Virus record (IMG/VR): IMGVR_UViG_3300031999_001882
Coordinates: 64,001 to 128,000 of that record
Reading direction: 5' to 3' (one strand)
From: a virus
DNA length: 64,000 nt
Shown: positions 1-10,391 of the stretch, in pieces
Layout: each line of letters starts with the position of its first letter
How positions within the stretch are numbered: position 1 is the first letter of the stretch
Translations under genes and position numbers: made by a program
The notes under the pieces: model-generated
Seen by the model: only the letters and a program-made list of their open reading frames with translations
Database searches by the model: none
Told to the model about the DNA's origin: nothing

Positions 1-1062
1 ATTGTCCAAATAACCGTAATACAGGTTAGTTGCCTGTCCTAAAAAAGTGATCGTGACAGGGTTTATCCCAGCCATGACATCCGCAGAACCCTTGCGAATA
101 CCGTTAACATACGCCGACTCGGTGTTCAGCAAATTATTGATGTTGATGAAATCATTGCCCGGATCAACCACGATAACCTGCGGAAACAACGCCGACAAAA
201 CGGTGGCAACATCCTGCGTTTCGATTTTATTGTTCTGCGTCTCCTTGGCGTACAGCTCGTTCAAAGGCTCTAAACTCGACACCACGCCTAAGTCTGCCAG
301 CGTCAGTCCGTGCGGGTTGACGGGCGTAAGTATCAGAGCAGTCCCTCGCGCTTTGATATGGTCATCTACCGTATGAAGCTCAGCCCCACCATATACCGTC
401 ACGGCATCCGAGCGGTCATCCTTGGGAGTCTTGACTTTAACCGTGTTAAACTTGGTCAGTGCATACTGGCGATTAGTCAGACTGATATTAGATGGAGGAA
501 TGGGATTTCCCGCGCCCTGCCCCAGCACCGTTCCCAAAAAAACGGCATTGGTAAGTGGATTAGAGACGGGGTGATGTGTCGTATCAACGATAATCCAATA
601 ACCGTCTGTGTCACGGGTGAAAAACTTTTCAGAGGTGATCGGATGAATGGCGAACTGCGTTATGTCGATGGTTTGAAGATACTGAATCCAGAAATAATTA
701 GCCGTTCCTGTCGTGTAATTGGCGAGAGAAATAGCGATACTCCCGGTGGATTGTGGTGTGGGCTTCCCAGACGAAATATCGGTCTTGGAGGGATTGGTCG
801 GGTCATAGAGCACATTGGAAGCAATCAGAATGCGCTCCCCGCTTGAATAGGACACGCCAAAGCCAACGTCAATCTTGGTCTGATCGAGGATGTTCGGAGA
901 AAGCGGATATTCCAGCGATCCGCCTGTTTCCGAGTGAACGATCCCATCCTGAATAAAGTCCGTGAGGCGTTCTTTGATCGCTTCCTGAGTAAACTCACTC
1001 AGCGATGTGTTGAAATCCTCGACGGCGGGTTCTATCCCAGAGGCAAGTAAAAGTCCCTTCAT
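1..1062 (-). CDS. Baseplate/tail-fibre-associated structural protein, 3'-truncated by the window edge
   Basis: Not in the ORF track. Manual translation from ATG 1062 (MKGLLLASGIEPAVEDFN...) is open to position 1; GGGAG RBS upstream; follows the baseplate genes. Confidence 0.65.
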   Translation of the reverse strand, partial: MKGLLLASGIEPAVEDFNTSLSEFTQEAIKERLTDFIQDGIVHSETGGSLEYPLSPNILDQTKIDVGFGVSYSSGERILIASNVLYDPTNPSKTDISSGKPTPQSTGSIAISLANYTTGTANYFWIQYLQTIDITQFAIHPITSEKFFTRDTDGYWIIVDTTHHPVSNPLTNAVFLGTVLGQGAGNPIPPSNISLTNRQYALTKFNTVKVKTPKDDRSDAVTVYGGAELHTVDDHIKARGTALILTPVNPHGLTLADLGVVSSLEPLNELYAKETQNNKIETQDVATVLSALFPQVIVVDPGNDFININNLLNTESAYVNGIRKGSADVMAGINPVTITFLGQATNLYYGYLDN

Positions 1063-1108
1063 AATAGCGCTCCCACTTTGAGTCGGTTTTCCATATCAGA
1101 CTCCCAAA

Positions 1109-2227
1109 TCATGTCGTAAATACCATTTCCACCTTCGAGTTCGCCGGGATCAACTGGATCACCAACTGCTTGAGATAATCCTGATCGAGCGTCACGCCGA
1201 AGCTGTTGTAAACCGTCAGAATAAACGCATGAGCTTTCTCTGCCTTGGAATAAATAACGATGACAGGACTCAGGTTCGGATAAGCTGGGTCTTTCAAATA
1301 ATAATGCGGTCGATTGGGTTCAGGATCGGTCTTGATAAAAATGCGCCATCCTGTCAGTGACCCGATCTCGGTGATGTCCGGCTCACGACAAGTAAATACC
1401 TTGACGATCCGTTTGACAGCTCCGAAAGTTCCAGAGAACTCATAGGCATCCTTGAGCTGAATGAGTTGTTCGCGGTACTCTTGGAGGGTCTGACTGCGCT
1501 GGGTGAAGCTATAAAGCGTACCGAAGTTATTGTAGAGGGATTCGTCGCGCACAGACACCAAATAAATATCGCGCCTCGCCCTCAGAGCCTCAAATCGCAA
1601 CTCTTCGATCTGGCGTGCGTATTCGTGCGCTAAGACATAAGCGTATGTGCTGTTGACATCCTTAGAATAGACGTTCTCATCAGGATACGTTTCAAAGATT
1701 CGGGTGGTTATTTCATTTTTCGCGCTTGCGTCCCGTGTCAACGTCTGACTGTCCGTCCAAGGACTTTCCAGAGTTTGACTCAATACACGGACCCTCCAAT
1801 AATACGGAATGGATTGATTTTCAGCTCGAATCGGAAACGCGATCTCATATGCGATAACAAGCTGACCCTCACTAAATCCTACAAAGCCTCTAGACCCCCC
1901 GGCAAATCCTCCGATGCCAAATCCGTCCTCTCCGAAGCCGCCAATGCCAAATCCAGTCACCGCATCGGCCCCATTAAAGCACCGCAGGTTCGGGCTGTCG
2001 AAGTTGGCCGAGGTATCAATGCACAGCTCAAAATCATACGCATTGAACGGCGCAGGAAGCCCGCCGATACAGTCCGTACAACAATCCAGCGTCCAGAAAA
2101 AAACATAAGCATTCTCAGAAGTCCCAAGGTACGACCGAGGATTAAGCGGACTCGGCACAAACAGCTTGGGCGAGAAGTTGGTGTTAAAAAGACTGGTGTT
2201 GAATTGAGCTGTATTAAATAAGGCCAT
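1109..2227 (-). CDS. Baseplate wedge protein (Fn3-like segment plus P2 gpI-like C-terminal part)
   Basis: YYWRVRV..SPWT Fn3-like strand; YREQLIQL..SGTFGAVKRIV and QLIPANSKV segments typical of gpI/gp48-type wedge subunits; synteny. Confidence 0.6.
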   Translation of the reverse strand: MALFNTAQFNTSLFNTNFSPKLFVPSPLNPRSYLGTSENAYVFFWTLDCCTDCIGGLPAPFNAYDFELCIDTSANFDSPNLRCFNGADAVTGFGIGGFGEDGFGIGGFAGGSRGFVGFSEGQLVIAYEIAFPIRAENQSIPYYWRVRVLSQTLESPWTDSQTLTRDASAKNEITTRIFETYPDENVYSKDVNSTYAYVLAHEYARQIEELRFEALRARRDIYLVSVRDESLYNNFGTLYSFTQRSQTLQEYREQLIQLKDAYEFSGTFGAVKRIVKVFTCREPDITEIGSLTGWRIFIKTDPEPNRPHYYLKDPAYPNLSPVIVIYSKAEKAHAFILTVYNSFGVTLDQDYLKQLVIQLIPANSKVEMVFTT

Positions 2228-2230
2228 GAC

Positions 2231-3424
2231 TTAGCTGATCGCCTCCCACGAAGCGTCTGCGTTTCCTCCCAGAAGCACCTCGCCGATAATGCTCGGCGTG
2301 ACAACCAGATTAAACCCATTGGCGTTGGCAGAATCCGCGCTAACGCTTGCGACGTTAAGGTTCCCTGTGCCAGCACCAACATTCACAACCGGAGAAGCCA
2401 GCGCCTTACGGCCAGAGAAATGAATCGGCAGATAATAAGGGTTGGTACTGGACGCATAGAAGCGCCACCGCAGATTACTCTGTCGTTCGTAATACCGGAG
2501 ACATCGGTCCACATCGGCAGAGGTCGGAAACGGCTGATAATCCATCGGCTTAGAGCCGTTCACCAATATAGCCGAATCCACAAAAATGTCACTCAAACTC
2601 GGCGAAATGTCCAAAAACCCAACTCCAATAATGAGCTGGGTCGATGCACCCGGAACGGTATAAGTGCAAGTCAGTCGTTGCCATGTTCCGCCGCCCACAT
2701 GGGCCACCGAAAGCGACGTGGCCGGAGTTCCGTTCGAGATGAACGCTTTGATACCCGGTACGCTCGAATTGATCCAGACTGAGAGCGAAACGATCTTTCC
2801 GATGTAATCTTTATAGTTCTCAACGTATTGCCGGATGGAGAACGTCGTCGCTCCGCCCGTGGCTGTGATTTGGTTTTCCAGCGAATAGCTCCCAAGATTC
2901 ACGACTGTAGATCGACTAACAGTAAAAGTCGGCGTATTGGTGTAATTAGCGACCCAGCGATCCGCCAGATATTGCGTATCCGACGGCGGATTGAGGATAA
3001 CTAGCGCGTTTGACCAGCATTCCAAGCCCGGATTGACAAGGAGATTCGGGTAAGCATTCAGCCGAATTCCATTGATGAGATCGTCCTCAGTCGCCTCAAT
3101 CTCGTTCTTGAGGACGTTATGGTGAGCGGCGACGAATTCCAAACTGACCGCCACGCCGCTTACATGAGTCGTAGCCTGCGTATTGTCGTAACCTCGCGTG
3201 TACCCGGTCAAATTATTGCCGATAATTGAGGTATAGCGGATCACCTCGTTCTCAATAGTTACAACGCCAGAAACCGGGAAATTGACCGTTGATATCAGAG
3301 CGATGCCATTGCCCACCGTGTTATCGCCGGATGTATTCAGGTTCCCGTTTAACGTCGTAGCAAGATTGTTAAAAGCCGGGAGGAGAGAGGTGTCATCCGC
3401 GACGGAGTTAGGATAAATTGCCAT
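2231..3424 (-). CDS. Tail fibre / receptor-binding protein with carbohydrate-binding-like domain
   Basis: NLLVNPGLE..W jelly-roll-type start; DVDRCLRYYER motif seen in phage fibre proteins; lies in the baseplate cluster. Confidence 0.6.
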   Translation of the reverse strand: MAIYPNSVADDTSLLPAFNNLATTLNGNLNTSGDNTVGNGIALISTVNFPVSGVVTIENEVIRYTSIIGNNLTGYTRGYDNTQATTHVSGVAVSLEFVAAHHNVLKNEIEATEDDLINGIRLNAYPNLLVNPGLECWSNALVILNPPSDTQYLADRWVANYTNTPTFTVSRSTVVNLGSYSLENQITATGGATTFSIRQYVENYKDYIGKIVSLSVWINSSVPGIKAFISNGTPATSLSVAHVGGGTWQRLTCTYTVPGASTQLIIGVGFLDISPSLSDIFVDSAILVNGSKPMDYQPFPTSADVDRCLRYYERQSNLRWRFYASSTNPYYLPIHFSGRKALASPVVNVGAGTGNLNVASVSADSANANGFNLVVTPSIIGEVLLGGNADASWEAIS

Positions 3425-3542
3425 ATTGAATCTCCTTTTTTGATTCTCTAAACTTTTTAATCGCGTCCATCAATAGCTCCTCGAAAGAATCTTTTTTCGC
3501 ATCGAGCGCATATCTTGAAATTGTATTTTTCTTAATTTTCAT
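3408..3542 (-). CDS. Small hypothetical protein (44 aa)
   Basis: Manual translation MKIKKNTISRYALDAKK...; ATGA overlap with the upstream stop; fills the gap exactly. Confidence 0.35.
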   Translation of the reverse strand: MKIKKNTISRYALDAKKDSFEELLMDAIKKFRESKKEIQYGNLS

Positions 3543-4300
3543 TGCACGCGCAGTTGCAAATTTGTCGTCACGGGCTGAAATGTTCCAACCAAAACTTCGA
3601 TCACGATATCCACCAGCCGGGGGTCTTGCTCGTTCACGTTGATGTTGATGTTGTTCAGCCCAAGAATGATCTCGTCCGCCGGAAGCGTATCGACCTCCTG
3701 AGCCTGAATTTCAATCAACCCCTGAATTGCGTTGACCACCGTCTGTTGCAACTTAAAAAAAATCGTCGGAGTCAGCTTCTCGCCAATAGCCGAGCTAAGC
3801 GTGCTTCCATAATTCGGATTGAAAACATTATTTCCGATCACCGTCAAAAGAACCTTGGAGACGTTCTGCCGCACTCGATTTATCCCCCGCACGTTGGATA
3901 ATTGCCCCACCTGATTGAACCCAATATCATTCAAGGCTTTTGAACTCAAGCACTTGGGGCAATCGAGAATCGTCGTAATGTAGCTCCCCATATAAATCCG
4001 ATTCGGAACAACGAAGGTGCTTCCCTCTACATAATTTACTCCCGGCGTAAAGTTCATCTGATTAAAATTTAAGCGCTGACCGTTATTAACCAGAGCAAAA
4101 TCCGTGATACCGTCAAGCGTATAAACGTAATTCTGGTTATCTTCCGTCTCATAATGTTCACGAACCTGCACTTCATTCTTGTTTTTATTCGACGGAAACC
4201 GTAAATCGGTATAGTAATAAGGAGTCAACCCCTGCAAAATTAGGGTTTCATCCACGATCCGATGGTCGCACACCCGGCCAAGCGTTAAATCAAATGGCAT
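3539..4300 (-). CDS. Baseplate wedge protein with gp25/gpW-like C-terminal domain
   Basis: VRQNVSKVLLTVIG..FNPNYGSTL..IGE pattern; adjacent to baseplate J. Confidence 0.75.
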   Translation of the reverse strand: MPFDLTLGRVCDHRIVDETLILQGLTPYYYTDLRFPSNKNKNEVQVREHYETEDNQNYVYTLDGITDFALVNNGQRLNFNQMNFTPGVNYVEGSTFVVPNRIYMGSYITTILDCPKCLSSKALNDIGFNQVGQLSNVRGINRVRQNVSKVLLTVIGNNVFNPNYGSTLSSAIGEKLTPTIFFKLQQTVVNAIQGLIEIQAQEVDTLPADEIILGLNNININVNEQDPRLVDIVIEVLVGTFQPVTTNLQLRVQ

Positions 4301-5745
4301 CAGATCACCACGATCCCCGTTAAGCTGTTGTTATCCAAGCGGAAATACTCAGTCAGTTGAGCCTGCAAAAACTGATTGCTTCCGCTCGATCCGCGCCGAG
4401 CCAATGTTGTAAACGGCAAGATGATCGAGGATACGCCCTGAACGGTGTTTCTGATTTGGAACACCAAATCGCTCTGCTCAACCCGCGCTCCAAGGCCCCC
4501 GGTATTGATGATCGTGGTCAGCGCCGCGATGATTTGGGTCTGCACCGTCGTCTTGTCGTAGCCACCTGTGGCTGTCGCCGTAAAACCGATGTCGATAAAA
4601 ACCTCAGTGGCTTCTTTCGCCAACACATCCGCCGTCAGTACCTTGTTATCTTCAAGCTCCAAAAGATTTTGAGTATCCGGCACGTTTTTGTCATAGACAT
4701 AAGCGACTGTGAACAATGATCCTGTATCCGGCTTAGCTCCCAAAACAGTCCATGCCAGCTTATCCGAAGCCAACACGGATTTCGCATAAGGCGTGGTGAT
4801 ATCCAACGATAGGCTATAATCCGCGCCCTGAGAGAAGGTAAACGGAACGGCGTTAGACAAACCAATCACACCAATGATCGAAGTCACCGGACGATTGTCG
4901 ATGAGGTATTGGAGTTGCCCGTTATAGAAGGTCGTAACCTGCTGAGCCTGAGCCGGATTCGTCCCAAGAATATAGATGTCCACTTCATTACCGAACTGAT
5001 TTCTCACGGCCTCCGAGTCATTCGGACCGACCACCGAAGCATCCAAAATGCCCGGCTGAGAAATGACGAGACTCCGGTATCCGGCCTTGGTGTCGAGGTT
5101 CCGGGCCTGAGCCTTGGCAATGATTCGCTGGGCCAGCGCCGCATTGGACTCAATATCGGTTCCACCGGATGTCGCCAGTCGGTTAGTAGATGTGTTGATG
5201 CCGGGGATGGGTTGCTGAATCACGACGATGTTGTTCGCGCCCACATTCCCAGAGATTCCGGCGAACAGCGCCACGACCGGAGCCGTCACGTCGAAGGTTC
5301 CATAAGTCGGGTCTTGGACGGATGTGGACCGCAGAAAAACGGTCTGAGTGGTCACAAACTGAACCACCGATCCGTCATCCAGAGTCCGGGTGGTGACGAT
5401 CACGCCGCCGGAGCCGTCTCCTGCGCCGATCTGAATGTCCGAGCTGGGCTGGCTGAACGAGGAGAAGGTCACAAATCCCGTGGAATAGGTCGCGGCCTTG
5501 CGGGTCAAATCAAAATTGGCGGCCAAATCATCCATCTGCTGAACGGTCAGATCATTGGCGTAATTGACGGATTGCGCTTTCTCAAGTGTCGAAATTTCCG
5601 TGTAAGCGTTAGCAATTTCTTGCGACACGGCCTCGATCACGATGTCACGCAGGACCGTACCCTCAAGCGTATCGGCATCAGGCCGTTTCAGCTTGATGTA
5701 GTTAATCATGTCGCTTACGATGTCAGCAAAAGTTAGGATTGCCAT
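4300..5745 (-). CDS. Baseplate J-like wedge protein
   Basis: LTRKAAT.STGFVTF, G.SGNVGANNI and SGGTDIESNAALAQRI motifs. Confidence 0.9.
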   Translation of the reverse strand: MAILTFADIVSDMINYIKLKRPDADTLEGTVLRDIVIEAVSQEIANAYTEISTLEKAQSVNYANDLTVQQMDDLAANFDLTRKAATYSTGFVTFSSFSQPSSDIQIGAGDGSGGVIVTTRTLDDGSVVQFVTTQTVFLRSTSVQDPTYGTFDVTAPVVALFAGISGNVGANNIVVIQQPIPGINTSTNRLATSGGTDIESNAALAQRIIAKAQARNLDTKAGYRSLVISQPGILDASVVGPNDSEAVRNQFGNEVDIYILGTNPAQAQQVTTFYNGQLQYLIDNRPVTSIIGVIGLSNAVPFTFSQGADYSLSLDITTPYAKSVLASDKLAWTVLGAKPDTGSLFTVAYVYDKNVPDTQNLLELEDNKVLTADVLAKEATEVFIDIGFTATATGGYDKTTVQTQIIAALTTIINTGGLGARVEQSDLVFQIRNTVQGVSSIILPFTTLARRGSSGSNQFLQAQLTEYFRLDNNSLTGIVVI

Positions 5746-5754
5746 AAATATCCT

Positions 5755-6108
5755 TTATATCGGTATCGTCGGTATCGTCGGAACTGACGGTATCGGCGGA
5801 GTCGGCACATACGTTAATGGAGCTACTTTTTGCTCAAACACCGTGACCCCGTCTTGTTTCACTTTGAGCGTAATTGTCTGTGCGGCGGCAAACGCACTAA
5901 CCTGATTCATTGCGTTCTGCATCACGCCAAGCACCTTCTGAACCTTCGGCACAAGCCCTACAATCACCTTCTGAATTTTGACGATAGACGCAGGCATCTT
6001 CGGAATTTTGATCGACGGCAATGCCGGAGGAAACCCGCCTTTAGTAGTCGTCGCCGCAGGTTTAACTTTTGGCTTCGGTATCGGTACGACAATATCTAGG
6101 TTCGCCAT
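5755..6108 (-). CDS. Proline-rich hypothetical baseplate-associated protein
   Basis: 117-aa ORF between the spike and baseplate J genes. Confidence 0.55.
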   Translation of the reverse strand: MANLDIVVPIPKPKVKPAATTTKGGFPPALPSIKIPKMPASIVKIQKVIVGLVPKVQKVLGVMQNAMNQVSAFAAAQTITLKVKQDGVTVFEQKVAPLTYVPTPPIPSVPTIPTIPI

Positions 6109-6111
6109 AAA

Positions 6112-7437
6112 TTATTCCGAAATCGCCACCGTCGATGAAATCTGCACGGGTGTCACCGGGATTGCCGGAACCACAGGCGGCGGTGTCGGCGTTGGGCCGC
6201 CCGGCCCCGGACTGTAAATATGCGTATGCGTGTTGAATGCCAGCACCAAGTTATTGAATGCTACCGCCATCAAATCGGAAACTGTAAGCGGGTGCGAGGC
6301 CGCTTGTCCCAGCGCGATATTGCCGCTATTGACCACCACGTTCTGCGCGGTAACGCTCACTTGCATGGTAACGTCATCTACCACTACGCCAGTTCCGCCC
6401 GATGTCGTCAACTGAATATTGTTATCTTCCACATCCACGCTCGTCCCATTTGGTGACGTGAGGCTGATCGCGCCCGCGCCATCCAGCGTTACCGTAGACC
6501 CAAATCCATCGCTCATGGTGATCGAGCCATCTTCGTTCAAAGAAATAGTGACCGTGCCTTTCGCGCCGTTAACGACCATCGTGTAGCCTTTAGTCGCCAT
6601 ATGGACTTCTTCGCCTGCCGCATTAGTGGCTACATCTTTTGGGCAATTAACGGACAAACTGCCTTCGGTGTCCACCTGCGTGTTGAAGCCGGACATATGA
6701 GAAGCGTCAAAATTAACCTCTTTCCCATTGAAGGAAATCTTTTTTACGTCCTTCTTCTCGATTCCTCTCTTACTGTCTACCTCATTCGGAGAAATCAAAA
6801 ACAAGTCATTCTGTCGAGCTGTTCCCAGAGTAATGTCCCAGATTCCTGCGTTCTCTGTCACATCCGCCAGCGTTAGCTTGTTCGGATTGTTGATCTCATT
6901 GTCGTTGCGCGGCAAGCGCACGATAAACCGCATATTGGCGAAACGATCCATATAAAGCTCAGCGCCCTGAAACGACTTGAAGAACAGCTCGCCGCCCGTT
7001 AGATACCGGGTCGGACGGTACAACACTTCTCCGCCACCTGTGGCCTGTGGCGGGTAACGCTTACCCGTGATGGCTTCTCCTTGGGCGATTGGAACGAGCG
7101 ACCCCAGCTCATAATAGGGATTGCCCTGCAAATAGGCGAAAATCACCGGATATCCGCCGGAACGAAAGCCCGCCACCATGATGTCTCCGGCGCGGGGCAT
7201 GGTATAGATGCCCCAGCCTTGGCCTGAAATCGGATAGGCCAACGGCACTTGGTCAAGAATGCCGAGGCGCGTGTCCATCCATTGAATCGTGCCCGTGCCA
7301 TAGGTTTGCCGCCGCCCTGCGCCGCCCTGCTGAGGCGTGTTGTAGTCGATGGAAATGATCGTGCCGACACGGAAAAACTCATAGAAGTTCGAGCTTTCCG
7401 CGCCTTCAAAGGCCGATGTGTCGAGGTCAAGAATCAT
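6112..7437 (-). CDS. Baseplate central spike (gpV/gp138/gp5-like)
   Basis: N-terminal OB-like MPRAGDIMVAGF segment, beta-helix-like repeats, C-terminal HTH(IY) HxH apex motif. Confidence 0.8.
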   Translation of the reverse strand: MILDLDTSAFEGAESSNFYEFFRVGTIISIDYNTPQQGGAGRRQTYGTGTIQWMDTRLGILDQVPLAYPISGQGWGIYTMPRAGDIMVAGFRSGGYPVIFAYLQGNPYYELGSLVPIAQGEAITGKRYPPQATGGGEVLYRPTRYLTGGELFFKSFQGAELYMDRFANMRFIVRLPRNDNEINNPNKLTLADVTENAGIWDITLGTARQNDLFLISPNEVDSKRGIEKKDVKKISFNGKEVNFDASHMSGFNTQVDTEGSLSVNCPKDVATNAAGEEVHMATKGYTMVVNGAKGTVTISLNEDGSITMSDGFGSTVTLDGAGAISLTSPNGTSVDVEDNNIQLTTSGGTGVVVDDVTMQVSVTAQNVVVNSGNIALGQAASHPLTVSDLMAVAFNNLVLAFNTHTHIYSPGPGGPTPTPPPVVPAIPVTPVQISSTVAISE

Positions 7438-9716
7438 GCCGTGGGAACCCTCGTCAACATATCCATCTTGTCGTAATTGGCCGATGGCGGCAAGCTCGGA
7501 ACCAGCGAAGTCTGCGTCTGCTGGCTCTTGGTGTCCGCGCTGGTCTGCGCCGTGGTGAACGCCGTCTCGGTTGCTAATGCCTTGGCAAAGTCTATGTCCA
7601 CGCCGAACTCCCAGATATAGCCGTTGTAATAAAACAGTTGAAGATTGGCCGCAATATCCGTCGGAGACGATGACCCCTTGGGGTTATAAATCCTCTGAAT
7701 CTCGTCCTCGCTATAGCCATCCGTTTTGAGAAATGCCGTGACCCCGGCATAAGCCAGCATAATGTCCGACCCCTGCATAATCGTAATTCGGCCATTCTGC
7801 TTGATATCGTAATTGAGTGACTGCACGGCCACGGCGCGTTGCGCGTCCTGCGTCGGCGCAAACCCGGAAGGAATACGTCTTTGGGAAAGAAGGAGAGCCA
7901 GATCAAAGACAGGCAAGCGCCGATAGGTGAGGTTCAGCCGCATGGTATAGCGCTGGCCCGGAGAGACGCTGTGCTCGATAGAATCCACATAATAGAGCGC
8001 GTTCGTGCCTTGCAGATAAACGTAGCTCCCGACACGAATCTGCGAATTGCCGACGATCTCCACCGATCCGCCCGCATACGCCTTTCGGTTGATTCGGGTC
8101 AAAACCGAGGTTGCCCAGACGTTCAGGCTGGCGTTGGTGGTCAACCCGATCACGGGTTGCAGGTTCAGCATTTTCTCACCGTACTTCTTGATGAGGCGGT
8201 TGTCCTTGATATAGCCGAAGATGCCGATGGCATCCAAACCGCTTCCAAAGCGTTGCTTCCAGTTGCCGACGACCACAGCGATATTGGCGATGTCCGAATT
8301 ATTCTCGTAGGTCGTCTCCCGGTAAACATCGGTGTCCTTGATGACGTTGAGATCGCTGGTCACCAAATGGCTCAGGCCAAGATTGATCGGGCGGAACCGA
8401 ATGATGCCGTCCTCGTTGGAGAAGAATTCAAAATAAATGACGTTGGCAAATTCCTGAATGAGCTTGTTGGTTTCCTTCCACTCCGACATCCAAAGATCAA
8501 ATCCGTTTCGGAAAGCGATCTGATAAGCAGGCTGATCCGTGCCTTCGATGACCATGATCGGCTTCTTATAAAAATTGGCGCTCTGAGCTGTGACCAATGA
8601 CTTGGTGTTCCGGTAAACCGACGCAGACCCGGCGATAATTTTCCACACTGTCTGACTCGGAGGTGTGTCGATATATTGGTTGATGGAATTCGAGCGCTCT
8701 GTCTCGATTGATTTCCGAGCGGCCTGCAATTCCGAGGCGAGTTCATTGCCGCTCGATCCGACAACGCCCGGACCCTTTTGAGTCGGGTTTGGCTCTGTCG
8801 AGAAGAAATTTCGCTTCTTAAACAGCGTCGTATAAGTGTTGATGGTATTGACCAGATTGGGGAGATCGTTGATCGTAGACATGGCAAGCGCCGTCACGTT
8901 CGAGACGACCTTCTGAACCGCCTCGGCTCCGCCGCCTTCGCCCTGCACCCACGGAAAGATGAACGCGCTCAGCGAAGCGAACTGCGCTTCCGGGTCACGG
9001 TCAATCAGCGCCTTGCGGATCGCGGTGCGCGAGAACCGAAGGCGCTTGGTCACATCCTCGCATTCCAGATTGATGATGTTCTGGGCTGGCGCACGCTGAC
9101 GCTCCACGGCATTCACAAAGCCCACAAAGCTGTTGTGCGGCTGATTGTCTTTGTCCGGCAACCGGACCACCACGATGTCGTCAGGCTCAAAGATCGTGCG
9201 CCCGGCCAACAACGAGTTTTTCTTAAAGGTAAATTTGTCGGTGTCGTTCTTAATCGAGATGGATGCTGTGCCGACCCCGGTTGTCGAGATTCGGCACGAT
9301 ACCGACAGCACATCCTCGATTCCGTTCATCTTGGAGGACTGCACGCGCACCGTCCATGCTGGCCGCGCCAGATTGATGATGCCAAGCGCAATCACGTCGA
9401 TGTACCGGGCATTGGCGAATAGAGGTTTGACCGAAGCATCTGTCCCGACTGAGGCGATAGGCACGAACGCATTGCCGGGGCTGTAGGAGATGATCGGTTG
9501 CAGGATGACTGCATTGCGCGTCAGCACATAATCCAGAGCGCCGCGAATGGTGGACAAAAATTCTTGGTACTTGAGCGTGAACTCTTTGTATTCGGTGTCC
9601 ACCTCAAGGCGGCTGGTTTTGAGCTGTTTGATGACAAACACATCCACATCACGGTCGAGAGCGACCATGTTCTGAACGAGAGCGCCGTCACCTCCGGCTG
9701 GAAATGTTAAGCCCAC
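7434..9716 (-). CDS. Baseplate hub protein (gpD/gp27-like)
   Basis: FVGFVNAV...LECEDVTKRL, EFFSNEDGIIRFRP and IVGNSQIRVG...YYVDSIEHSV motifs; lies between tape measure and spike. Confidence 0.75.
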   Translation of the reverse strand: MGLTFPAGGDGALVQNMVALDRDVDVFVIKQLKTSRLEVDTEYKEFTLKYQEFLSTIRGALDYVLTRNAVILQPIISYSPGNAFVPIASVGTDASVKPLFANARYIDVIALGIINLARPAWTVRVQSSKMNGIEDVLSVSCRISTTGVGTASISIKNDTDKFTFKKNSLLAGRTIFEPDDIVVVRLPDKDNQPHNSFVGFVNAVERQRAPAQNIINLECEDVTKRLRFSRTAIRKALIDRDPEAQFASLSAFIFPWVQGEGGGAEAVQKVVSNVTALAMSTINDLPNLVNTINTYTTLFKKRNFFSTEPNPTQKGPGVVGSSGNELASELQAARKSIETERSNSINQYIDTPPSQTVWKIIAGSASVYRNTKSLVTAQSANFYKKPIMVIEGTDQPAYQIAFRNGFDLWMSEWKETNKLIQEFANVIYFEFFSNEDGIIRFRPINLGLSHLVTSDLNVIKDTDVYRETTYENNSDIANIAVVVGNWKQRFGSGLDAIGIFGYIKDNRLIKKYGEKMLNLQPVIGLTTNASLNVWATSVLTRINRKAYAGGSVEIVGNSQIRVGSYVYLQGTNALYYVDSIEHSVSPGQRYTMRLNLTYRRLPVFDLALLLSQRRIPSGFAPTQDAQRAVAVQSLNYDIKQNGRITIMQGSDIMLAYAGVTAFLKTDGYSEDEIQRIYNPKGSSSPTDIAANLQLFYYNGYIWEFGVDIDFAKALATETAFTTAQTSADTKSQQTQTSLVPSLPPSANYDKMDMLTRVPTA

Positions 9717-10391
9717 TTACCCTCCCGCCGTCAAGAAGCCCGGCGCACTTGTGATCCCAGAAACCGTCTTACCAAGTCCCAGCTTGAGGTTGTCTGGAAA
9801 ATTCACCAACAACTGCCGCGCAATATAGTCCGTCGAAGAAAAAGTCACCACAAACTCAAAGGCATAGTCGTACACGCGAGGGCGGTCGATCTGCTCCGAG
9901 TACGAGAACGACGTGAAAAATCCAAGGTACAGCGTGTACCGATAGACGATGAACGATTGACTGAGTACCTTGAGGTTCGAGGTCTGCTGACCCGTGATCT
10001 GGTTCTTCATGGCTTTGTCGCCGCTATTGAGGTTCACGACATCAGACCCCTGCGGCATATTCTTGGTGTTGAGCGTTTTCAGAAGGCTCACCATGCGCTC
10101 TTTGTCCAGCTTAAAAATCTGTTGAAGCCGCAAAATCTGGAAGTCCACCTTGGCAAAATCTCCGGCACTCCCGACCTTTCGCGTGGTCCATCCGACACAT
10201 TGAATGGTATCCGGGCGATTGCCCCAATGCTCATAGACCCACGATCCGAGCGTCTGGGCCTCGCTGAACGACTTGCGCGAGTTCACCCGGAAGTTCTGCG
10301 GGTTCGGACTCATCAGCAAGATGAACGGGACGTTGGCATTGCCCACGATCATCTGCGACGTTAAATCTCGAAGGCTTGGAATAATCGGCAT
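9717..10391 (-). CDS. Tail tube initiator / baseplate protein
   Basis: PNPQNF...QTLGSWVYEHWG...YLGFFTSFSYSE...YAFEFVV tube-like pattern; directly downstream of the tape measure. Confidence 0.65.
   Translation of the reverse strand: MPIIPSLRDLTSQMIVGNANVPFILLMSPNPQNFRVNSRKSFSEAQTLGSWVYEHWGNRPDTIQCVGWTTRKVGSAGDFAKVDFQILRLQQIFKLDKERMVSLLKTLNTKNMPQGSDVVNLNSGDKAMKNQITGQQTSNLKVLSQSFIVYRYTLYLGFFTSFSYSEQIDRPRVYDYAFEFVVTFSSTDYIARQLLVNFPDNLKLGLGKTVSGITSAPGFLTAGG

Noticed and set aside
1059-1094. 11-codon minigene MENRLKVGALL coupled to the next start
   Set aside because: Too short to support from sequence alone; may be chance.
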